From a virus (lineage: Duplodnaviria > Caudoviricetes), in IMG/VR virus record IMGVR_UViG_2744054422_000002, positions 29,022 through 93,021 of that record: a stretch of DNA of 64,000 nucleotides; one strand, given 5' to 3'. This document shows, in pieces, positions 56,815 through 64,000 of the stretch. Both the position numbers and the translations under genes were made by a program. Under the pieces are notes generated by a model. That model was not told where the DNA came from and did no database searches. It saw only the letters and a list, made by a program, of their open reading frames with translations. Numbering within the stretch: position 1 is the first letter of the stretch; each line of letters begins with the position of its first letter.

Positions 56815-57060
56815 TCAGCCAGCACGGCCGAGCACGGCCGCCGCCAGGACGACGAGCAGCACCACCGTGGCGATGCGCTGCTCTGTCGGCAAGTCACGCC
56901 ACCGCACGCCCTCTTCGGGGCGGATACGCTCGCCAAGCGGGTGGTCGCCGCCGTGGCGGCGTTGGCGATGGTCGTCGCCGTGGGCGTCCGCCAAGCCGCG
57001 CAGCCAGTACGGGCGCGACTCGATCGCGCAGGGCGGGCAGGTGTACCGGTAGCGGCGCAT
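56815..57060 (-). CDS. Small CxxC/His protein with C-terminal TM
   Basis: YTCPPC...H...H...HGG motif and a hydrophobic tail. Confidence 0.6.
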   Translation of the reverse strand: MRRYRYTCPPCAIESRPYWLRGLADAHGDDHRQRRHGGDHPLGERIRPEEGVRWRDLPTEQRIATVVLLVVLAAAVLGRAG

Positions 57061-57071
57061 GGCGGGCCCCC

Positions 57072-58268
57072 TCACGACTTCTCTCCCTCCCCATGGTGGA
57101 CGATCCGCCAGGCAGATGGACCCCTTTCCAGATCCTGAACGATTTCGAAATCGCGTTCCCCGGCCCCCCTCCGCTCCTCTCCGACCACTCCCCGCTTCTC
57201 TCCGCTGCTCTCCGCAGATGCCATCTGACCTGCGTCTCCGCTGCGGAGACCAGGTCCGGAGAGCGGGGCAGGGGCACCCTCGGGGGAGGGCAGTGGCGGG
57301 AGCTGATTCCGGGGTACTCCCGCCCTCCCTGCGTACCCCCTCGCACGGAACTTCTTGGAGGGGTCGTAGCCGGCTGCGGTGAGCACCTCTCTCAGCTGCT
57401 CATCGGTGGCTTGGGAGAGGGTGGGGAGAGCGGCCCGCATCGCGGGTCGGAGGTCGGCCAGGTGGACCCCGTTTTCGCTGCCGATTTCGGCCCGGATGAG
57501 GGCGGTCAGCGGGTCCTCTTCAAAGGCCTGCTCCATGGCCTCGACGGAGGCCTCGACGGCGTCTTCGGAGGAGTCCTCGGCTGGGGGCGGACCGGGCCGA
57601 TTCTCGACGGTCGCCGCACTCTTGCTGGCGGGCTTCTTCTGGTCCTTCTTCCGGACCTGGGCGACCGCGTGCTGGCGCACGGCGATGGAGGCCACGAACC
57701 AGCCGTCGACGAGGCCGAAGGGGGCGAGGTCGGGCCAGGTGCTGACGGCCTTGAAGGAGCAGTACACGCCCGCGCCGATCATGATCAGGCGATGCTGGGG
57801 CTTGGCGTTCTTAGGGCCGCCCTCTCCCCTGGCCCACGCCGAACCCCGGCGGATCAGCAGCCAACTCCCGAGGCCGAGGTCGATGACGAAGAACAGCAGT
57901 GAACGGCCCGCGGGCAGTTCGCCCGCTGTGCGGCGCGCGGCTTTGCGGGCGCGGCGCATGGCCTTGCGCTCCGGGGCGCCTTCGCGGTGGCGGCGCGTCG
58001 CCTCAATACCGGCGTTGATGACGGCGGGGATCCACATCAGGTTGGTGTACGGGCGCAGGTCAGGGAGGGCGAGGGCCCGCCGGGGCGCGAGCTCGTCGTC
58101 TTCCGCGTACTCCTCCAGTTCCTCATCGATGTCGCCGGGGGACTCCTCCCCCGCGGTCTCGTCGACGGCCAGGACGGGCGCGGTCCCGGGGTGTTCCTCC
58201 CCCGCCGTGTCGTCGCTGGACGGCGGGGTCGGCTCGTCGTCGGGGACCAGGTGCAGCGCAGCGGTCAT
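57072..58268 (-). CDS. Membrane protein with C-terminal winged-helix-like domain (spread/transfer-region type)
   Basis: Starts MTAALHLVPD; central TM segments; GVHLADL...LREVLTAAG...FRARGYAGRAGV. Confidence 0.65.
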   Translation of the reverse strand: MTAALHLVPDDEPTPPSSDDTAGEEHPGTAPVLAVDETAGEESPGDIDEELEEYAEDDELAPRRALALPDLRPYTNLMWIPAVINAGIEATRRHREGAPERKAMRRARKAARRTAGELPAGRSLLFFVIDLGLGSWLLIRRGSAWARGEGGPKNAKPQHRLIMIGAGVYCSFKAVSTWPDLAPFGLVDGWFVASIAVRQHAVAQVRKKDQKKPASKSAATVENRPGPPPAEDSSEDAVEASVEAMEQAFEEDPLTALIRAEIGSENGVHLADLRPAMRAALPTLSQATDEQLREVLTAAGYDPSKKFRARGYAGRAGVPRNQLPPLPSPEGAPAPLSGPGLRSGDAGQMASAESSGEKRGVVGEERRGAGERDFEIVQDLERGPSAWRIVHHGEGEKS

Positions 58269-58273
58269 CGGTT

Positions 58274-58672
58274 TCACGCCCAGTACTGGGCGGCGGACTT
58301 GATCAGCCCGGCGTACCACGTGAAGGGGCCGCCCCCCGCGCCCGCCGCCGCGCTGAAGAAGACAATGCCGCACATGGCCACGCCCCGTAGCGTCAGCTTC
58401 TTGAAGAGGACGAGGATGCCGGTGCAGATGGCGATGCCGGCCGTGGTCATGGTCGGCACTGCGGTGCCGACCATGCCGAGGATGTCGTTGACGAAGTCGG
58501 AGACCCACGAGAACGGGGCGCCAGCGACCTTGAAGGCACATCCGGCCGTCATGGACAGGAAGAGCGTCCACCCCCAGGGCAGCGTGCCGAACTTGCCGCC
58601 GCCCTGGGTGCCGAGCCACAGCAGGAGAACCAGGGCGCTTGCTACGCCGCCGATTCCGAGGTGAATGTTCAT
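58274..58672 (-). CDS. Small multi-TM membrane protein
   Basis: Gly-rich hydrophobic helices. Confidence 0.7.
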   Translation of the reverse strand: MNIHLGIGGVASALVLLLWLGTQGGGKFGTLPWGWTLFLSMTAGCAFKVAGAPFSWVSDFVNDILGMVGTAVPTMTTAGIAICTGILVLFKKLTLRGVAMCGIVFFSAAAGAGGGPFTWYAGLIKSAAQYWA

Positions 58673-58685
58673 TACTTGCTCCGGT

Positions 58686-59525
58686 TCACTGACCAAGCGG
58701 GGTGCTGTACCAGAGCACTCCGAGGGCGGATGAGGTGGTGACACCGCGCACAGCCCAGGCGAGCAGCCAGTGCCACTGGCGAGCGCGGTAGTCGATGAGG
58801 ATCCAGGCGATGCCCATGCCATGCGTCGCGAGGACGTCGACGCTTCCCGGGTCGTGGTGGGCTACGAACTCGTGGCCTGCCATGCCCTTCTGGAAGGCTC
58901 CGAGCCAGATACCACCTGCCAGGCCGGTGCCGTGGTAGAGCAGCCACTTGTTGTGGAGCTCAATGTCTCGCCACCAGGTGAAGACGTTGTGCTTCTTCTC
59001 GGGCAGGCCGGGAGGGCGGCCGAGGGCGGGCCGGGACCAGCGGCTCGCGGGTCGCGCCGAGTCCTGCTCCTCCCCCGTCTCCTCGGCATCTTCGGCGGCG
59101 TCGGGGTCGTCGGTCTTGGCGGTGGGGGCCTGCTGGGCCAGCAGCCATTCCCTCATGAGGGTCTCGAGATCCGCCTTGTCCGGGTTGGACGGCTGACTGC
59201 CCGTGTTCTCGTCCTCGGCGTCTGCGGCGGCAAGCGGCGGCTTCTCTGTACGCCACCAGTCCGGCAGACGGCCAGTGCGAGGATTGGCCGCCGGTTCCGT
59301 CTCCTCTTGGCCGTCGTGCTCGTCCGGCTTCTGGCCGGTGGATCGACGAGAGCGCCGCCAGTCCGGCATGCGCGGGGACGAAGGCAGGCCAGGCGGCTGC
59401 GGCGGCACCGGCGACTGGGCAGGGATCTGCGCGCTGTCGTCGTCGTTGGGGTCGGCGTGGCCGACCGGGCGGACACCGAGGCCGCCCATGATGCGCTGCG
59501 TCCAGCGCTCGTTCGCGGACGTCAT
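58686..59525 (-). CDS. Membrane protein with disordered PDWR/PDWWR N-terminus
   Basis: Starts MTSANERW; C-terminal TM segments. Confidence 0.65.
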   Translation of the reverse strand: MTSANERWTQRIMGGLGVRPVGHADPNDDDSAQIPAQSPVPPQPPGLPSSPRMPDWRRSRRSTGQKPDEHDGQEETEPAANPRTGRLPDWWRTEKPPLAAADAEDENTGSQPSNPDKADLETLMREWLLAQQAPTAKTDDPDAAEDAEETGEEQDSARPASRWSRPALGRPPGLPEKKHNVFTWWRDIELHNKWLLYHGTGLAGGIWLGAFQKGMAGHEFVAHHDPGSVDVLATHGMGIAWILIDYRARQWHWLLAWAVRGVTTSSALGVLWYSTPLGQ

Positions 59526-59707
59526 CGGCTCAACCTCGCCGTGTCCACGCCCGCCTTGATCAGAGCGTAGAACGGCATGGCGGCGAGCGACAGGCCCGCC
59601 CACGCGGCCAGCCAGAAGAACGGGACGGCGAGCGCCCGGGTCGGCATGATCTGGACGAGGATGAGCGATCCGAAGAACGTGATCAGCAGAGCGGTCACCA
59701 TGAGGGG

Positions 59708-59996
59708 TCACTTCCGGAGGTAGGGCGGCAGGAGTCGGGCCGCGACGTCGGGGAAGTTGGCGGGGCGCTGGCGCGGCAGGCGCTCGGCGTCGAGGCGGCG
59801 CAGGACCGTGCAGGCGTCGACGGCCGCGATGACGCGCACGCCGTTGAGCCGGTACTCGTGACCGTTGGCCAGGCGGCCGTCGATGATCGCGACGGGCACC
59901 GGGCGTGCCCGGCTTCGGGCGGCGGCCGGGCTGTCCCAGGCGGTTCCAGGCGTAGAACGCTGCGGCGGCGATCGCGGCGATCAGGAGCACGGACAT
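59708..59996 (-). pseudogene. Internally deleted/frameshifted membrane-anchored protein (possibly NERD-like)
   Basis: The N-terminal TM (MSVLLIAAIAAAAFYAW) and the C-terminal PVAIIDG..NGVRVI..LPPYLRK lie in different frames. Confidence 0.35.
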
Positions 59997-60248
59997 CAGG
60001 GGCTTCCTTGCATGAGGATCTGGCCGACGGAGACGAGGAGGAGCAGGAGGGCGGCGAAGGCGAGGCCGGCCACGACGTGACCGGCCCCGACCTTCGTCCA
60101 GCGGGGTCGGGTCACCAGGAGTCCCAGAACAGGAGCGAGACGAGGAGAGCCCCCAGGGCGGCGAGGCGGCCAAGGGCCGCCAGGTCGCTGGGCTTGCCAC
60201 GGAGCGCCACGCCAAGCCCGAGGAGCCCGTTGATCTGGAGGAGGTAGA

Positions 60249-61331
60249 TCACGAGGCCCTCCGCGCCCTGGCCCACTTACGCCGGTAGGTGGCGACGGTC
60301 TCGGCGAGCTTGGGCCGGTCACCGTGGACAGACCGGACGTGCGCCACGAGGTCCTCGTCCGAGATCGTCTCGTCCTGGTCCAGGGTCGCCGTCACCGTCT
60401 GCCGGATCGACGGCCCCATCGGCACAACGGGCGGCACGGGCGGCTGCGGCGCAGGTCCGGACGTCGGCACGGCCGGGGGCGTCGGGGTGGCCGAAGGGAC
60501 TGGAGGGACCGGCGCCGCGGGCGCGGGCGTCTGGACCGGAGCGGCCGGGGCGGCTGGGGCCTGCGACTGTCCGGACACCGCAGCGGACACGGTCGCGGCG
60601 TGCCCGGACGTGTCCGCAGCCGGGAGCTGCTGCGCCTGATGGCCGCTGGCCTGGGCCAGGATGGCCTCCGCCGCCTGGAACTCCGGGCCCCCTGCCCGCA
60701 TCTGGACGGCACGCCGGTTGAGGCGGGCCAGGCGGGTCCCAAGCAGGAACCGGCCAGCCATGTGCTGCTCCTCCTCGGCAACCCAGTGGGCGACGCCGGC
60801 GTCCAGCTCGACCGCATCCAGTCCCATGACCAGGAACCACAGCCCCTTGGCCAGCAGGTCCAGGCAGGAGCCGACGACGCCAGCGGGCAGCAGGTCCAGG
60901 GTGTGGCCGTACGTGATGACGGCGCCCATGCTGATGATCAAGGCCGCCCACCCGCCGATCCGGGCCCGCTGGGCGCGGCCGGCGTCCACGCGCTCGATGT
61001 GCTCCACGCCGAGGCAGGCCAGCCACGACGACGTGAACACCACGCCCACGGCGTACGCGACGCCCGGATGCAGCATGTTCGACAGCAGGCCGCCGACGCT
61101 CGCCGTGGTCCCGGCCGCGGCCAGAACGGTTACGCCGACCGCCACGATGGTGACACCGCGCCGAATGATCTCGTCCCAGTCGCGCGGCGGGAGGGTGACC
61201 CACACCTCGTCAGGCACCATCCGCGTGGACGGCCTGCCGTCGATGACGGTGGTCTCCGCCCGCTGGATCTTGACCTTCCTGCGGCGCGTACCCGGCTGCC
61301 AGTGCTGCGGCGTCTCGGGTGTCTCGGTCAT
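60249..61331 (-). CDS. Four-TM Spd-like membrane protein with Pro-rich linker and C-terminal HTH-like domain
   Basis: PPRDWD motif, four TM helices, Pro/Ala tract, helical C-terminus; architecture typical of Streptomyces mobile-element spread proteins. Confidence 0.7.
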   Translation of the reverse strand: MTETPETPQHWQPGTRRRKVKIQRAETTVIDGRPSTRMVPDEVWVTLPPRDWDEIIRRGVTIVAVGVTVLAAAGTTASVGGLLSNMLHPGVAYAVGVVFTSSWLACLGVEHIERVDAGRAQRARIGGWAALIISMGAVITYGHTLDLLPAGVVGSCLDLLAKGLWFLVMGLDAVELDAGVAHWVAEEEQHMAGRFLLGTRLARLNRRAVQMRAGGPEFQAAEAILAQASGHQAQQLPAADTSGHAATVSAAVSGQSQAPAAPAAPVQTPAPAAPVPPVPSATPTPPAVPTSGPAPQPPVPPVVPMGPSIRQTVTATLDQDETISDEDLVAHVRSVHGDRPKLAETVATYRRKWARARRAS

Positions 61332-61860
61332 GGTGCTGCCCTTCGGGCTCGTGGGTCATAAGAGGGAGACCCGGGCCGCCGACCCAAGGGGAAGTGGGAA
61401 CGGCGGCCCAGGCCGGTCAGGGATTCACACCAGGCTTGGGCTGCTCGGTGTTCCGCTTGGTGCGGCGGCCCCGGTCTCGGCTGGCCTGCTGCTCCTGGGC
61501 CTGCTGCTTCGCCCGGCGGGTCTCCTTCTTCTCCCGCTGGACAGCCGCGGCGGCCGGACCCTGGCCGGGGGTGACGCTCAGGAGCAAGTCACGAAAGCCC
61601 ATCAGTGGCCACCTCCAGCCGGGGCCGGGGCCACCCCGGCGTCGAACCAGGCGCCGCACCCGCCGGTGCACACCCACTGACCGTTGTCCTGCTTCATGGG
61701 CTGGCCGCAGCACGTCACCGGGCACCCCCCGGGTTGCTGCCGGACGTGTTGCTGCCGTCAATGCGCGCGTTGTCCTGGCCGCGCTGGACGTCACCGCTCT
61801 CGCGCTGCTCGCGGCCGGCGCCGTACGCCTGGCGGGCACGCGCATGCTCGGTCTGGGCGC

Positions 61861-62124
61861 TCACCGCTTCACCCCCACCAGGAGGCGAGTGCCGTACGCG
61901 CGGGCGGTCTCCCCGTCCAACGGCTGCGGCAGCTTGCCGAGCACACCGGCGAACACCCCGTCGGGCTCTCCCCGCGTCTGCTCGTTCGCGAGGCGCTGCG
62001 CCTCCTCCAGGAGCGCCGGGGACTCGGCCGGAAACTCGCGCAGCAGGTCCGCCACCTCGACCGTCTTGCGACGTACCGCCTCCCCCACAGTCAGGGGCTC
62101 GTTGACCGCCATCGGCTCGCTCAT
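61861..62124 (-). CDS. Small hypothetical protein
   Basis: MSEPMAVNE start coupled to the upstream stop; GETARAYG.RL motif. Confidence 0.55.
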   Translation of the reverse strand: MSEPMAVNEPLTVGEAVRRKTVEVADLLREFPAESPALLEEAQRLANEQTRGEPDGVFAGVLGKLPQPLDGETARAYGTRLLVGVKR

Positions 62125-62600
62125 CGGACCGCCACCGCCTGCCCCGGGCGAGGAGCCGGAACGCGGCCAGACTCGTCGCTGCGGCGCGGGCCGGGCACCG
62201 GGTGGCGCGGGATCGCGCGCTCCTCCCGGTCCTCCTCCCAACCCAACTGCACGCCGCGCCAGTCAAAGCCCAGCGCCCGGGCCGCCTCAGCCACCGTGAC
62301 CGCGAACTCCTCGCGCGTCACCCCGGCCGGAACCTCGCCCCGCTCCAGGCCCGTGCGCTCGGCCACCGCCCGCAGCGCCATACGGGACACGTTCTGTCCA
62401 CCGCCGTGACAGCTCCGGCCAGCCAGGTCGTAGGACCGCACCCCGACCAGGACCACGAACTTCAGGGAGTCCGCCGGGCCGTTGGGGTCTTCGAACACCA
62501 GCGTCCGGGCGACCCCCGCCAGCATCTCGGCGGCCTTGAACCGGTGTTCACCGGTGACGTCCCGGGCCAAGCCCAGGGGTCGATCAGTAATCTGTGCCAT
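62121..62600 (-). CDS. Hypothetical protein, first gene of the leftward operon
   Basis: RBS GGAG; GVTREEFA motif. Confidence 0.65.
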   Translation of the reverse strand: MAQITDRPLGLARDVTGEHRFKAAEMLAGVARTLVFEDPNGPADSLKFVVLVGVRSYDLAGRSCHGGGQNVSRMALRAVAERTGLERGEVPAGVTREEFAVTVAEAARALGFDWRGVQLGWEEDREERAIPRHPVPGPRRSDESGRVPAPRPGQAVAVR

Positions 62601-62690
62601 GCGTCAGCTCCATCTGACGTGGCCCCCGGCGGCGTTTCCTAGGCCCCGCCGGGGGCCGACTTGTAGGCGCGAAACCAGTGGAGGCGGCTT

Positions 62691-62750
62691 CGCGACACAA
62701 ACCCTAGGGCTTGTACCGCGACGGGAGCAAGCCCTAGGGTTCGTGTCGCG
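62691..62750. promoter_or_regulatory. Divergent control region with a 23-bp inverted repeat (two CCCTAGGG palindromes)
   Basis: CGCGACACAAACCCTAGGGCTTG...CAAGCCCTAGGGTTCGTGTCGCG. Confidence 0.8.
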
Positions 62751-62786
62751 CGGTCGCGCCCGCCGAGGCACGAAGGGAGCGGGCCT

Positions 62787-63125
62787 GTGGCCGATGAGCC
62801 GAAGGAGGTGCCGGAGGAGGTGACAAAGCTGCGGGAAGCCATTGCGGCGTTCGCGGCGATGGAGGACGACGTCGCGTGTACCGCCGCCGTCTCTCAAGTA
62901 CTCCGCGACTGGCCGGAGCTCCACTCGGAGCTGCGGCAGTTGCGCGAGACGCGAGTGAACACGCTCCGACACGAACGCCAGATGACATGGCCGGAGATCG
63001 CGGCCGTCATTGGCGAGGTGACACCGGAGCGCGCCCAGCAGATCAGCAAGGGCCTGCGCGGGACGAAACGACCGGAACCGAAGAACCCGAGGAAGAAGAA
63101 GGCGGCCGAGCCGCCGACTGAATAG
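62787..63125 (+). CDS. Small HTH regulator
   Basis: LRETRVNTL...MTWPEIAAVIGEVTPERAQQISKG; same architecture as 52688..52975. Confidence 0.8.
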   Translation: MADEPKEVPEEVTKLREAIAAFAAMEDDVACTAAVSQVLRDWPELHSELRQLRETRVNTLRHERQMTWPEIAAVIGEVTPERAQQISKGLRGTKRPEPKNPRKKKAAEPPTE

Positions 63126-63190
63126 GGCGGCCGAGCGGTGGTCGAGACCGCCCGGCCATAGCGCACGAGATCACAGAGAAAGGCGCTGCG

Positions 63191-63742
63191 TTGAGCGTAG
63201 CGAAACCCGCTGGCGCGCTGGGGGCATGGGCAGAGCGCTGGTACTCGCCTGCCGCTGTCTACCGACTGTGGGACGCCGAGGGCGGCCTGCTGTACATCGG
63301 GTCGGCGTACGACCCGGAGGAGCGCTGCAAGGGGCACCGAGATAGGCCCTGGTGGCCCGAGGTGACCCGGCGCACCGAGGAGTGGAAAGACAGCCGCGGG
63401 GCGGCCTACACGGCGGAACTTGAGGCAATCGCCCTTGAACGCCCCAGGCACAACGTCATAGGGACACGGGAGTACACCACTCCAGACACACCCGCGATCC
63501 GCCGGCGCAACGCCATGGCCAGCATCCGAGGGCGGTACCTATACCAATCTGGCGAGTTGCGCATGGAGATCACCGAGGCGGCCCGCCAGGCTGGCTACCC
63601 GCACGAGCAGGCCGACCGCATGGGCCGTGTTACAGAGGTCGACTTCCTGGACCGTACGGGCATCTTCGTGGACTCGGTGAGGCGGCGCCGCAGGGCACTA
63701 GCCGCCGAGGCCGGAGCGCGGGCCGCCGCCTGGTCGGGGTAG
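63191..63742 (+). CDS. GIY-YIG nuclease family protein
   Basis: AVYRLWD...LLYIGSA..PEER..GH...WW...E..AI..ERP.HN. Confidence 0.85.
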   Translation: MSVAKPAGALGAWAERWYSPAAVYRLWDAEGGLLYIGSAYDPEERCKGHRDRPWWPEVTRRTEEWKDSRGAAYTAELEAIALERPRHNVIGTREYTTPDTPAIRRRNAMASIRGRYLYQSGELRMEITEAARQAGYPHEQADRMGRVTEVDFLDRTGIFVDSVRRRRRALAAEAGARAAAWSG

Positions 63743-64000
63743 CCGGTGCAGTGACCGGCCCGGTACGAACTGGGGCCTGCTCGCCGAGTCGGCGAGCAGG
63801 CCCGTCGTGCGTCCGGTCGCTGTCCGGGTGCATGTCTGGACGGGGCGCTGCTGTCAGGGGGAGAGCGGTTGTATGTCGTCGGCTGGAGGTGTCACGTCAC
63901 CTGCCGCTGGCAGGCGTGGGAAGAGGTAATCCTCGACGGCGTCCGTGGCAAAGAGGAACGCGATCATCAGGCCGGGCATGAGCAGTGCGAGCAGGACCAC

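Overview
High-GC actinobacterial (Streptomyces-like) temperate phage or phage-plasmid segment, with almost all core genes on the minus strand. Reading in transcription order from right to left: (1) small membrane, spread-like and HTH genes (57-64 kb). (2) An early or 'leading-region-like' block (37.5-56.7 kb) with a DUF3560-ParB ORF, a second ParB, an N6-adenine MTase, a DUF488-like gene and an intein-containing C5 cytosine MTase. It is driven by repeated promoter/operator cassettes, each traceable to a divergent small HTH gene. (3) An atypical tRNA-Gly(UCC) directly upstream of an adenine-MTase-like/GNAT-like fusion, a ParB-like gene and the terminase genes (31.6-36.3 kb). (4) A ~13 kb cargo/defence island between terminase and portal: type I R-M plus M48 peptidase, a PIN protein and a phosphorothioate-REase remnant. 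(5) A head module resembling mycobacteriophage cluster B: portal, MuF/2H/protease fusion, separate hexamer and pentamer capsid proteins, an HNH insertion, a second PIN gene and two Cys-rich repeat proteins separated by a secreted-protein/lipoprotein moron. The best candidate for a novel system is the tRNA-Gly. It carries hallmarks of non-proteinogenic glycyl-tRNAs and sits next to a Mom-like GNAT DNA-modification gene, suggesting tRNA-dependent glycyl modification of virion DNA. Family assignments come from recognising motifs by eye; no database searches were run. No integrase, tail genes or CRISPR array were seen.
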